In this document: one piece after another, positions 53,117 to 61,700 of the stretch
Layout: each line of letters begins with the position of its first letter
Position numbering within the stretch: the first letter of the stretch is position 1
Assembly: GCA_038065315.1 (NCBI GenBank)
Contig: JBBTRF010000001.1
Coordinates: 528,458 to 592,457 of the forward strand
Direction: 5' to 3'
From: Patescibacteria group bacterium
GTDB lineage: Bacteria > Patescibacteriota > Minisyncoccia > Phycocordibacterales > JBBTRF01
DNA length: 64,000 bases
Position numbers and translations under genes: made by a program
The notes under the pieces: generated by a model
What the model saw: only the letters and a program-made list of their open reading frames with translations
Database searches by the model: none
Told to the model about the DNA's origin: nothing

Positions 53117-53776
53117 ATGATCAACACAACCACACTTCGCAACGCCAACGTCTCCACTATCGGCATCTTCGTCGCAGCGCTTATTCTCACCGCTTCATTT
53201 GCAGCGGAGAAGGCGGATGCGGCTATCGTCAGCCAGCTCCAGCTTGGTTCAAGCGGTGCACAAGTCACCCAGCTCCAACAGTTTTTGGCGCTCAACACCA
53301 AGGTGTACCCAGCCGGTCTCGTCACTGGCTACTTCGGACCGATGACTCAGGCAGCGGTCTTGCAGTTCCAGGCCAACTATGACATTTCTCAGGTAGGACG
53401 AGTCGGACCTGCGACCATGGCACGCATGAACGCAGTGATGAATGCCGGTCAGGGCCTCGACATCGATGCACCATCGATCTCAAATCTCACCGTACAGACC
53501 AATAGCTTCAGCACCACTTTGAGCTTGAACAGCGACTCGAATGTTCGCGCGAAGGTTTTCTACAGCACACAACCCTTGCAGGTTCAGGAGGCTTCGTACA
53601 GCTTCACTGCTCCATCGGTCAGCGGACTTTCTGTAGAGTCCGGTGCATTTGGTACCTCACAGAGTATCTCTCTGACCAACTTGTCATCGAACACCATCTA
53701 CTACTACCTCGTACAGGCGACCGATCTTTCGGGGAACGTTTCTGTCACCCGACAGAGCAGCTTCCAGACACGGTAG
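53117..53776 (+). CDS. secreted peptidoglycan-binding-domain protein with fibronectin-III-like C-terminal domain
   Basis: It has a signal peptide. The PG_binding_1-like region is LQLGSSGAQVTQLQQFLALN...GYFGPMTQAAVLQFQ. An S/T-rich beta domain follows. Confidence 0.55.
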   Translation: MINTTTLRNANVSTIGIFVAALILTASFAAEKADAAIVSQLQLGSSGAQVTQLQQFLALNTKVYPAGLVTGYFGPMTQAAVLQFQANYDISQVGRVGPATMARMNAVMNAGQGLDIDAPSISNLTVQTNSFSTTLSLNSDSNVRAKVFYSTQPLQVQEASYSFTAPSVSGLSVESGAFGTSQSISLTNLSSNTIYYYLVQATDLSGNVSVTRQSSFQTR

Positions 53777-53812
53777 TCGAAAATAGTCGAAACGAAAAAT
53801 ACGCCAAATCGC

Positions 53813-53843
53813 AAAAACCACCGCATTCTCAGCGGTGGTTTTT
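53813..53843. terminator. bidirectional rho-independent terminator
   Basis: AAAAACCACCGC-attctca-GCGGTGGTTTTT. Confidence 0.7.
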
Positions 53844-53869
53844 GTACACGAAGCTTAGATAGAGACGTA

Positions 53870-54151
53870 TCAACTTTTTGCAGCCATCTGAAGTTCTTTT
53901 TGAAGTTTGGAAAGTTCCTGGTCACTGCGCCCTTTTTCCTGCCTTAGTTTTAAGGTCTCAGATTCGAGTTTCCTGACATCTCCGTCGATTTTTCGGACCT
54001 CTCCTTCTAGTTTGGCAATCTCAGATTGTTTCTGTGTCAGACTAGCCTTGGCACCTCTAAGTTCGGTTTCTTTTTGTTGGAGTTCGGATACCCCCTTTTG
54101 AATTTGTCTTTGTAATTCCGAAATCGCCGCTGAAATGTTGCTACTGTTCAT
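53870..54151 (-). CDS. small coiled-coil protein, hypothetical
   Basis: 93 aa with a heptad-rich sequence (ELQRQIQKGVSELQQKETELRGAKASLTQKQSEIAKLEGEVRKIDGDVRKLESETLKL). Confidence 0.4.
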   Translation of the reverse strand: MNSSNISAAISELQRQIQKGVSELQQKETELRGAKASLTQKQSEIAKLEGEVRKIDGDVRKLESETLKLRQEKGRSDQELSKLQKELQMAAKS

Positions 54152-54235
54152 GCTGAGATGATTAGTATATTAATGGATTGAATTATATCACAAGCAGAAA
54201 GGGGAACGTGCGAGCGATTTTGTATGTTTGACATT

Positions 54236-54265
54236 CATAAACCAAAGTATATACTTTGGTTTATG
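54236..54265. promoter_or_regulatory. 30-bp perfect palindrome (putative antitoxin operator) overlapping the dinJ-like start codon
   Basis: CATAAACCAAAGTATATACTTTGGTTTATG. Its last three nt are the ATG of the antitoxin ORF. Confidence 0.6.
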
Positions 54266-54532
54266 AAGACCGTACTCAACCTGAAGGTCGATAAGGCGTT
54301 GAAAGTGCAGGCACAGAAAACCGCCGCGGATTTTGGTATTCCGCTCGGCACGCTGATGAATGCCTTTCTGCGGCAGTTTGTGCGGACGAAGGAAGTAAAT
54401 CTCGATCTCACGTATCAGCCGACCAAGTATCTTGCGGACATCATTAAGGAATCGCGGGCGGAGTATGCCAGAGGAGAGGCGAACGGGCCTTTTACGGGAG
54501 ATGAGTTTATTGAGCATCTGAAGAAGCTTTAG
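54263..54532 (+). CDS. RelB/DinJ-family antitoxin
   Basis: MKTVLNLKVDKALKVQAQKTAADFGIPLGTLMNAFLRQFVRTKEVNLDL follows the DinJ pattern (MxxxLNxKxDxxLKxxA...G..LS...N.FL). Confidence 0.6.
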   Translation: MKTVLNLKVDKALKVQAQKTAADFGIPLGTLMNAFLRQFVRTKEVNLDLTYQPTKYLADIIKESRAEYARGEANGPFTGDEFIEHLKKL

Positions 54533-54538
54533 TTTCCA

Positions 54539-54799
54539 ATGCGGTATTTGAGCTCAAAAAAATTTGATAAGCAGTTTTCAAAATTGCCAAAAGGGCTAAA
54601 GTTGAAGGCTGTCGAGCGCGTCACGATTTTTACAAAGGATCCTTTTGCTCCGATCCTAAACAATCATCAGCTGAATGGGGTGTGGGCGAATTGTCGGAGT
54701 ATCAATATTACTGCGGATATTCGAGCCGTGTATGAGATGGTGGAAGAGGATGTTGCGTATTTCGTGGCGATCGGGTCGCATGCAGAGCTGTATCGGTAA
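54539..54799 (+). CDS. YafQ/RelE-family mRNA-interferase toxin
   Basis: FDKQFSKLPKGLKLKAVERVTIF...HQLNGVWANCRSINITADIRAVYEMVEEDVAYFVAIGSHAELY matches YafQ (DKQFxKL...HxLxGxWxxxRexHIxpDwlLIYk...GtHsdLF). Confidence 0.6.
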   Translation: MRYLSSKKFDKQFSKLPKGLKLKAVERVTIFTKDPFAPILNNHQLNGVWANCRSINITADIRAVYEMVEEDVAYFVAIGSHAELYR

Positions 54800-54969
54800 T
54801 CTACTGTGTGGTCACGGATAATTTCTTCGCCGTCGCTCAGAAATTTCTTCGAAGCCTCCCGGCATTCGCTACTGCTCACCTGCCTCGGCTGTTTTGCCTG
54901 GTGGCAAAACATGCCTCCGGCTCACACCTGTACGAAAAAATCCGGAGCAGTCCGGATTTTTTCGTCTTG

Positions 54970-55042
54970 TGCGCCCGGTTGGAATCGAACCAACGACCCT
55001 CTGCTTAAAAGGCAGGTGCTCTACCGACTGAGCTACGGGCGC
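54970..55042 (-). tRNA. tRNA-Lys (anticodon TTT)
   Basis: The minus strand reads GCGCCCGTAGCTCAGTCGGTAGAGCACCTGCCTTTTAAGCAGAGGGTCGTTGGTTCGATTCCAACCGGGCGCA. The acceptor stem is 7 bp. D-loop AGCTCAGTCGGTAGAGC, anticodon loop CTTTTAA and T-loop GGTTCGATTCC are present. CCA is not encoded. Confidence 0.9.
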
Positions 55043-55188
55043 AAGTGAGAAACAAAGATCGAGCTCGCTCGAGCTTTGGTTTCGAACGCAGCGCCCGTAT
55101 GTACATGCGGGCGCATGGACATACGGCGCGTGAGTCAAAATATACCAGAAAACCTTGAAATGTCGAGGATTTGGCGTATAGTGGGGCG

Positions 55189-55722
55189 ATGAAAACCAGT
55201 GCCGCTTCGCCGACAAAAACGCATCGAGACATCCGCGTGTTGCTGCACGATATTCGCAGCGTGCACAATGTCGGTTCAATGTTTCGCACCTCGGATGCCG
55301 CGGGAGTGTCGCACTTGTATCTTTCGGGGTATACGCCGACGCCGGTGGATCGTTTTAAACGTCCCCGCAAAGACTTGGCGAAGGTAGCACTCGGGGCAGA
55401 GAAAAATATCTCGTGGACGGCGCTCGTGCAAGGCGAGACTCCGACCGCACTCATCAAGCAGCTCAAGAAAGACGGATTTACGGTGATCGCAGTGGAGCAA
55501 GATGCTCGCGCGGTGGACTACAAGGTTGTCGCAGCTGATCTGGCCATCACCAACAAAAATGCAAAATTGCTGCTCATCTTCGGCAATGAAGTCGACGGCG
55601 TTTCAAAAAACATTTTGGCGCTATGCGACAGTGTGGCCGAGATTCCGATGGCGGGGAAGAAGGAGTCACTCAATGTGGCGGTGTCGTTTGGTATCGCGCT
55701 GTTTCGATTGCTTGGAATTTAG
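55189..55722 (+). CDS. SpoU/TrmH-family RNA 2'-O-methyltransferase
   Basis: LLHDIRSVHNVGSMFRTSDAAGV...LIFGNEVDGVS...IPMAGKKESLNVAVSFGIAL are the SPOUT motifs. Confidence 0.8.
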   Translation: MKTSAASPTKTHRDIRVLLHDIRSVHNVGSMFRTSDAAGVSHLYLSGYTPTPVDRFKRPRKDLAKVALGAEKNISWTALVQGETPTALIKQLKKDGFTVIAVEQDARAVDYKVVAADLAITNKNAKLLLIFGNEVDGVSKNILALCDSVAEIPMAGKKESLNVAVSFGIALFRLLGI

Positions 55723-55734
55723 GTGCAGCTGGAT

Positions 55735-56715
55735 TTAGTACGACACCTGGTCCACGACTTTGCCGTCGGCATCGAGGAGTTGGATGATCTCGCGCTGGGT
55801 TTTCCAAAGCGGCTCGGTGCGGTTCAAAAAGACTCGCCACTCTTTCGAGAAGAAGTCGGTGTCGGGTTGGTGGAGACTGACGCAGGAGTTGTATGTGGCG
55901 TGATCCGCGATCCACACTTGGCATTCATGAGAGAGATACTCCGGCAAATTTTTGATCTGATTGCCACAGGTCGGCCATCGATTGATATAGTCGAGACACT
56001 TGTCGTTGAGCGCGTTTGGTGCGAGCGGCATTTTTTCGTCTCGAAGCAGTGGACAATACTCGCTGATGCTTGGGTTGAAGGTTTGGAATTGATTGAAATG
56101 CCCCATGCATTTGTTGATGAGGAAGGAGTTGCCGATCGGGGAACGCGCGGTGGAGACGATGGCTTTGTCGCCCGGTCGGAGACTGATTTCATCTTCGCCT
56201 TTCACTGCAGTCGAGGCGTATGAAGAGGGGAGGAGCACTGCCTTGCCGATCGATGCCTGGTGGCCGCTCTTCGTGCTGCGGAGCATCCAGCCAGTGATAT
56301 TTACTGATTCGGTGGAGATGAACGAGCTAGTTTTTCGATAGTCGATGGTGATGTGTTCCTGCTTCACGTCAGTACTCGCGGCGCCGGAAGGGCGATTAAT
56401 ACGGATCACTTTGAAAAGTCGCGATTTGTTTTCAATGTCTTTGTACTGTTCATCGCTACTGTACGGGTTGGTTTGGGCAGTCACAATACCAGATGGGGTG
56501 AGCTTCGTGCCGCCGTTCGCACCCCCGCCCGATCCTTCATTTGTCTGATTGGTGTTCGAGATGACTTTTCCGGAGCTGTCGGTGACAGTGACATTCGTCC
56601 GCTGTTCGAGCGCTTTTTCTTTGCCGCCGTTGAAGAACCAGACCACTCCGAGCAAGAGCAGAATGCCGACAAATTGCATGAAATCTTTGACCGCGTCGTG
56701 TTCAAGAATAGACAT
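55735..56715 (-). CDS. membrane-anchored extracytoplasmic protein with Cys-rich C-terminal region, hypothetical
   Basis: N-terminal TM (FVGILLLLGVVWFF) followed by a Gly/Thr/Asn-rich linker and a beta-rich domain. About 8 Cys lie in the C-terminal 110 aa. Confidence 0.4.
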   Translation of the reverse strand: MSILEHDAVKDFMQFVGILLLLGVVWFFNGGKEKALEQRTNVTVTDSSGKVISNTNQTNEGSGGGANGGTKLTPSGIVTAQTNPYSSDEQYKDIENKSRLFKVIRINRPSGAASTDVKQEHITIDYRKTSSFISTESVNITGWMLRSTKSGHQASIGKAVLLPSSYASTAVKGEDEISLRPGDKAIVSTARSPIGNSFLINKCMGHFNQFQTFNPSISEYCPLLRDEKMPLAPNALNDKCLDYINRWPTCGNQIKNLPEYLSHECQVWIADHATYNSCVSLHQPDTDFFSKEWRVFLNRTEPLWKTQREIIQLLDADGKVVDQVSY

Positions 56716-56785
56716 GGGGAAAGTATAGCAAAATCTGCCGAAAAAGGGCTATTTGCAAGGGGGAAATGGGGGCAAGCGCAGGATA

Positions 56786-56815
56786 TTGACAAATGTGGGT
56801 ATAAGGTGGTATAAT
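56786..56815 (+). promoter_or_regulatory. sigma70-type promoter TTGACA-N18-TATAAT with extended -10 (GGTGGTATAATAC)
   Basis: atTTGACAaatgtgggtataaggtggTATAATac. The same extended -10 context (GTGGTATAATAC) recurs at about 45085-45097. Confidence 0.45.
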
Positions 56816-56963
56816 ACTAGCAGTGATACCTTGTCGATATCGCTAGCATATTCTTAGCCCTTTATTGGGCAGCCCTTGTTGGCCGGAAGCCGCAAGTAAG
56901 CTGGGGCACGTACGCCCTCTCGAATGTGATAAAAACTCGGCAAAGAAGTGGTTGTTTGACAGT

Positions 56964-57704
56964 ATGAAAATTCAAAGTCAGAACTCGTGCGGATTCCAAG
57001 GCCGCACCACCCGCCAACTCGTCGCCACCGGGGAGATTCCCAAGTGGGTCATCGACCGGTTGGTCTCCGTCGGCTACGAGGACCCTCGCAAGGAGTATCG
57101 GCTGATGACCATCGTCAATGCCGTCTGCTTGCTCATCGTGTTGTGCTGCACTGCGTTGGTCGCCTTCGTGCTCAATACGGCGAGAAACACAATGGGTAAT
57201 GTGGGCATTGCTGACCTGATCGCGCCCATGGTTGTCATTATCTTCTACTCCGCTATCGCGGCCGGTTGCTTCCTCATGAGGGGCCTGCTCGAAGATCGCA
57301 TGCTTGAGAAGACGAAACGTTTCGATCAGGTGATCGAACGCCTCATCCGCTCGCCGCGCCCGCAGTTCACGCCGGCGGACTTGGTCACTAAACGTGAACT
57401 CTACGTATCGGTGGAGAATGCGTTGGTCAATCTCGCTGCTTGCAAGACCGTCTTCTTGGAGCATGAAAGGAAGGTTCCTGGCAGTGCGCGAATACTGTCC
57501 AACTTTGCCAACGAGGACCTCGGCAAGCTCCTCGATGTTGGCAAAGAGCTCGGTGTGGTTGATCCTAATTACACCTATGTTCGGTTCTTCCAACGGGCAG
57601 AAATCTGCTGCGTAGACAAAGTTCGTGAGAAATTCGTCAAGATGCTCGCTGGACTGAAGCCAAACGAACAGCCACCGCTCTTCTGGTATCCCGACAGCAA
57701 CTAA
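56964..57704 (+). CDS. two-TM membrane protein, hypothetical
   Basis: The helices LMTIVNAVCLLIVLCCTALVAFVL and IADLIAPMVVIIFYSAIAAGCFLM were seen. The fully overlapping minus ORF 56862..57707 is judged antisense. Confidence 0.45.
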   Translation: MKIQSQNSCGFQGRTTRQLVATGEIPKWVIDRLVSVGYEDPRKEYRLMTIVNAVCLLIVLCCTALVAFVLNTARNTMGNVGIADLIAPMVVIIFYSAIAAGCFLMRGLLEDRMLEKTKRFDQVIERLIRSPRPQFTPADLVTKRELYVSVENALVNLAACKTVFLEHERKVPGSARILSNFANEDLGKLLDVGKELGVVDPNYTYVRFFQRAEICCVDKVREKFVKMLAGLKPNEQPPLFWYPDSN

Positions 57705-57744
57705 CAAGGCACCGACGATCGCCTAGAAGGTCGCTCGACATTTT

Positions 57745-57772
57745 CCCCCGCCAGCGCTTGCGCTGGCGGGGG
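57745..57772. terminator. bidirectional rho-independent terminator (perfect 12-bp GC stem)
   Basis: CCCCCGCCAGCG-cttg-CGCTGGCGGGGG flanked by ACATTTT and ATTTTCATT. Confidence 0.75.
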
Positions 57773-57797
57773 ATTTTCATTACAAAATCTACCGATC

Positions 57798-58760
57798 TTA
57801 CCTGAACAGTTTTTGATGTGTATCGCAGAAATGCGCGCCGCGGCCACCCATGGCTAGGCGGCGAATCGTACCTTTGCAACCGCGGCGCTCACAGGGTTTG
57901 CTGGTGTTGCGATATGCGTGATGGTGGTAATGAAATGCACCGCGCTCACCCATGGGGTTGCGATAGTCAGAAGTAGAGTCGCCGCCGAAGCTAATACCTT
58001 TCTTGAGAATTTCTTTAGACTTTCTGTATATTTCCTTCATCTTTGCCAGTGGCACTTTGCTCACGGTGCTCGCAGGGTGAACACTCGCGGCCCACAGGAT
58101 CTCGTCGGAATAAATGTTGCCGATGCCGGCGAGCACGGCTGGATCCATCAGCACGAGTTTGATCTTGCCCGTTAGCCGAGTGAGGAGGCGTTCGTGGAAG
58201 AGATGGAAGATGAAGGTGGAGTCGAGCGGTTCGGGACCGATATCAGAGAGATGCTCGCTTTCATGCGCGCTGGCCGTCGGTACGACGGTGACTTTCGCAA
58301 ACTTTCGGACATCGGCCAGCGCGAGATGCGTTCCATCTGCAAACGAAATCATCATATGCACGAAACGGCTAAAAGGATCTTTCAGAGCTTCAGGCGAGAG
58401 GGCTTCCCACGACACTTTTTTGCCAGTGCCGATTTGTCTGTATTTCCCATACAGCAAATGCCCAGTCATCTTCATGTGTACGATGATGGTGTGTCTTTCG
58501 ACACCTCGGCTGCCGGTTTTCTTTCCCGCACCGCCGCCTTCGATATTGATTAGTACATTTTTCCCGCGACGGTGCGTCTTGGTGATGCGCGCACCAATCA
58601 AAGTCTTGCGGAAAGTCGCGAAAAACTCCGGATTTTTGATATTGTCCTTGCCGGCGTAGTGGGGGCTATTGTAGTCGGTCCAAACATCAGCGATCGTCCG
58701 TCCGACGACGAGCTTGCCGAGCATGGTGGCCGTAGTATGTACCTCGGGGAGTTCGGGCAT
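57798..58760 (-). CDS. mutM: formamidopyrimidine/endonuclease VIII-type DNA glycosylase (Fpg/Nei family)
   Basis: MPELPEV is the N-terminal catalytic Pro-Glu. The H2TH region and a C-terminal zinc finger CERRGCKGTIRRLAMGGRGAHFC follow. Confidence 0.8.
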   Translation of the reverse strand: MPELPEVHTTATMLGKLVVGRTIADVWTDYNSPHYAGKDNIKNPEFFATFRKTLIGARITKTHRRGKNVLINIEGGGAGKKTGSRGVERHTIIVHMKMTGHLLYGKYRQIGTGKKVSWEALSPEALKDPFSRFVHMMISFADGTHLALADVRKFAKVTVVPTASAHESEHLSDIGPEPLDSTFIFHLFHERLLTRLTGKIKLVLMDPAVLAGIGNIYSDEILWAASVHPASTVSKVPLAKMKEIYRKSKEILKKGISFGGDSTSDYRNPMGERGAFHYHHHAYRNTSKPCERRGCKGTIRRLAMGGRGAHFCDTHQKLFR

Positions 58761-58774
58761 GCGTCAACGATACG

Positions 58775-59359
58775 CTATTTGCCGAGCAATTTCAAAGCCG
58801 CCTTGAGTTTGTCACTCGTCGAGCCACTCGCCGCCACCTTTTTGTCGATCTTCTTCAAAGCCTCGCGAGATTCGCGCTCCGAATAGCCAAGACTCTTGAG
58901 TGCCTCCACGGCATCGGATTCATCTTGATACACATCGTTCTTGAAACGTTCGTCGGAAAACTTGTCCTTCAATTCCATCACGATCTTCTCGGCATTCTTC
59001 TTGCCAATGCCGGAGATCTTCGTCAAATGTCCCGGCTCTCCCGTAGCAATGGCGCCTCGAAGGGTAGAGACAGAGGCGAGAGCGAGGATGCCGATAGCGG
59101 TCTTTGGGCCGATGCCGTTGACGCTAATAAGGTGTTCAAAAAGCTCGAGAGCCTCGCGATCCAAAAAGCCATACAAATCCAAAGCGTCATCGCGCACGGC
59201 CAAATAGGTGCACAGACGCACCTTGTCGTCTACCCCCACGCTGGCGAGCTTGTCGAGGGTCTCAGGGGTGACGCGCACCTTGTAGCCGACGCCGCCAGCC
59301 ATCACCACCATATATTGGTCGTTGCGCCACGAAATGACACCTTCCAATTCTGCGATCAT
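58775..59359 (-). CDS. ruvA: Holliday junction DNA helicase RuvA
   Basis: MIAELEGVI...GGVGYKVRV and the HhH motifs (LISVNGIGPKTAIGILA) were seen. Length is 194 aa. Confidence 0.9.
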   Translation of the reverse strand: MIAELEGVISWRNDQYMVVMAGGVGYKVRVTPETLDKLASVGVDDKVRLCTYLAVRDDALDLYGFLDREALELFEHLISVNGIGPKTAIGILALASVSTLRGAIATGEPGHLTKISGIGKKNAEKIVMELKDKFSDERFKNDVYQDESDAVEALKSLGYSERESREALKKIDKKVAASGSTSDKLKAALKLLGK

Positions 59360-59422
59360 GAAATATAGTATAGCACTTTGAGGTATAATAGAGCGTAATC
59401 ATCAAATAACGCAGCATATCCA

Positions 59423-59839
59423 ATGACCCAAAAACCCATTTCAATCATTATTTTCCTTGTCGTCGCCGGCGTAATCATCTTCGCTGTCCTTGGTTTGAGA
59501 AAGGCTCCAAGCACGGCGCCTATTTCGACCCAAACCCAAGCCACCACCTCTGCTGCTGGTACCTCGTCATCGACTCCGGCCTCCATCGCCGTGGGCGAGG
59601 GGTTGCCGGTATACACATTTGCTGATGTCGCGAAGCACGGGTCTCCAAAGGATTGCTGGACGACCGTGAACGGCAACGTGTACGACCTCACGCCCTTTGT
59701 CGGCAAGCATCCTGGCGGCGAAGATATTTTAAAGGTCTGCGGTATCGACGGTACGAAGCTCTTCACAGATCAACATGGCGGCCAGGCGAAGCAAGAAAAC
59801 CAATTGGCCGGCTTGGAGATCGGCGTGTTGGCGAAATAA
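59423..59839 (+). CDS. membrane-anchored cytochrome b5-like heme-binding domain protein
   Basis: It has an N-terminal TM helix and a Thr/Ser-rich linker. The b5 core is FADVAKHGSPKDCWTTVNGNVYDLTPFVGKHPGGEDIL (HPGG motif). Confidence 0.7.
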   Translation: MTQKPISIIIFLVVAGVIIFAVLGLRKAPSTAPISTQTQATTSAAGTSSSTPASIAVGEGLPVYTFADVAKHGSPKDCWTTVNGNVYDLTPFVGKHPGGEDILKVCGIDGTKLFTDQHGGQAKQENQLAGLEIGVLAK

Positions 59840-59851
59840 TCGACACGTAAC

Positions 59852-60271
59852 ATGAAATTCTCAATCAATTTACTTCCGCAATACGCGCCGACCGTGTTGC
59901 GCGTCGGTATTTCGCTGGTCTTTCTGTGGTTCGCCTTTCAGCAATTGACCAATACCGATGCGTGGACCGGCTTCGTACCAGATCTCGCCGTCTCGCTTTC
60001 CGGCTTGTCTGCCGAGACTCTTGTGTTGTTCAACGGCGTCTTCGAAGCGGTGTTTGGTCTCGCGCTACTCGTCGGCTTCTATACTCGCCTCGCTGCCGCG
60101 CTACTTTCGCTCCATCTATTTCACCTAGTGTTCGTCGTCGGCTACAGTGCTATCGGCGTGCGTGACTTTGGCCTGGCGGTCGCGACTCTCTCCATTGCTT
60201 TGGCTGAGGTGGATCGTTGGACGCTCGAGGCCTTTCTGATGCGCCGCGCGGCCGCAGGGGCGGTTCAATAA
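59852..60271 (+). CDS. DoxX-family membrane protein
   Basis: 139 aa with 4 TM helices. LRVGISLVFLWFAFQQL...LVLFNGVFEAVFGLALLVGF is typical of DoxX. Confidence 0.65.
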   Translation: MKFSINLLPQYAPTVLRVGISLVFLWFAFQQLTNTDAWTGFVPDLAVSLSGLSAETLVLFNGVFEAVFGLALLVGFYTRLAAALLSLHLFHLVFVVGYSAIGVRDFGLAVATLSIALAEVDRWTLEAFLMRRAAAGAVQ

Positions 60272-60285
60272 TCACTCATTTGTCT

Positions 60286-61590
60286 ATGGAACAACGCATT
60301 CGCATCGTGATAGTGGGCAACGGCTTCGGTGGGGTATACACCGCGCGACATTTGCAGTCGCTCGTGGAACGCGGATTGGCCGAGATCACGATCATCGGGC
60401 GAGCGAATCATTTTTTGTTCACGCCGCTGTTGCATGAGGTGGCTACGGGAGGCTTGAGCCCGACGAGCGTAGTGGAGCCGTTGCACGAAGTGTTCCGCCA
60501 TTCGAATATCCGCTGTTTGGAAATGGAGGTGGGGAAGGTGGACCTCGCTGAGCAGGCCGTGATCGGTGCCTGTCGCGGCACGCCGGAGCGTGTCTCGTAC
60601 GACTATCTCGTGATCGCTTCGGGTGCTGAGACGAATGCATATGGCATCAAAGGCGTGGCTGAGCATGCGTATGCCCTGAAGACGCTGGCGGATGCAGTGG
60701 CGATCAGAAATCGCATTATTCAGGCGGTGGAGGAGGCGTCGGCGACGACAGATGTGGTGAAGCGAAAGTCACTCCTCTCTTTTGCGGTGGTGGGTGCCGG
60801 TCCGACTGGAGTCGAGCTCGTCTCCGAAATGATCGAATTCCTCGAAGAATTGGTTGGCGACTATTATTCCAAAAATCTCTCACTTGCCGACATTTCAGTG
60901 TCGCTCATCAGCTCCGGTCCGGACATTATCACGCAGTTTGTGCCAACGTTGCGGAAAAAGGCGCTCGATATTTTGACCGCCAAAAAAGTGACGGTACTTT
61001 TGAATATGGCTGTCTGTGAAGTGACTGAGCAAGGCGTGCTCGCAAAATGCGGCACGACTGAGCCGAGCATGCTCTCTGCTGGCACCGTGGTGTGGGTGGC
61101 AGGGGTGAAGGGTACGCCAGTGTCGCTGGTGGAGAGGTCCGGTGTTGCTCCGGTCGTGGTACATCCTTCAGGTCGATTGGTCGTGAGCGAGCAATTGCAA
61201 TTGCCCGGGTACGAACAGGTCTTTGCGCTTGGTGACTCTGCCACGCATCTCGCTTCGCTAGACGGCCGGCCGCTCCCAATGCTCGCTCAGGTAGCCGAGC
61301 AGGAGGCCGAGGTGGTCGCGGCCAATATAAAATCCCTCATCGAATCTCGCATCTCCGGCCGCCCCGCCTCACTTTTCCCATACAAACTCACACTGAAAGG
61401 CATGCTCCTTTCGCTGGGGCAGTGGCAAGCTGTTGGCGACATCTACGGCTTCCACCTCTCCGGCCCGCTCATGTGGTGGCTGTGGCGCACCGCGTATCTC
61501 TCGAAATTTTTGTCCTGGCGCAAGCGCTGCAAGATTGTCTTCGAGTGGACGATCAACCTTTTTTCGCCGCGGGATATTACGAGGGTGTAG
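60286..61590 (+). CDS. ndh: type II NADH dehydrogenase (NDH-2) / FAD-dependent pyridine nucleotide-disulfide oxidoreductase
   Basis: RIVIVGNGFGGVYTAR is the FAD GxGxxG motif. FAVVGAGPTGVE is the second NAD(P) GxGxxG. C-terminal amphipathic/TM segments were seen. The ATG at 60286 (MEQRIRIV) is preferred. Confidence 0.75.
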   Translation: MEQRIRIVIVGNGFGGVYTARHLQSLVERGLAEITIIGRANHFLFTPLLHEVATGGLSPTSVVEPLHEVFRHSNIRCLEMEVGKVDLAEQAVIGACRGTPERVSYDYLVIASGAETNAYGIKGVAEHAYALKTLADAVAIRNRIIQAVEEASATTDVVKRKSLLSFAVVGAGPTGVELVSEMIEFLEELVGDYYSKNLSLADISVSLISSGPDIITQFVPTLRKKALDILTAKKVTVLLNMAVCEVTEQGVLAKCGTTEPSMLSAGTVVWVAGVKGTPVSLVERSGVAPVVVHPSGRLVVSEQLQLPGYEQVFALGDSATHLASLDGRPLPMLAQVAEQEAEVVAANIKSLIESRISGRPASLFPYKLTLKGMLLSLGQWQAVGDIYGFHLSGPLMWWLWRTAYLSKFLSWRKRCKIVFEWTINLFSPRDITRV

Positions 61591-61700
61591 GGGCAGCTTG
61601 AGAGAGGTGACTTTTGCACCACCCTGTGCTAAAAATGAAGGAGTTTTTGACATCAACCATCAACCGTCGCGCAAGCGACTAACGGAAAGGTAAAGTCGGT

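Noticed and set aside
56862-57707. Minus-strand 281-aa ORF mirror of the 56964..57704 gene
   Set aside because: Plus frame shows two clean TM helices and is followed by a strong terminator in the right orientation. The minus frame is acidic and featureless, so it is kept only as an unlikely alternative.
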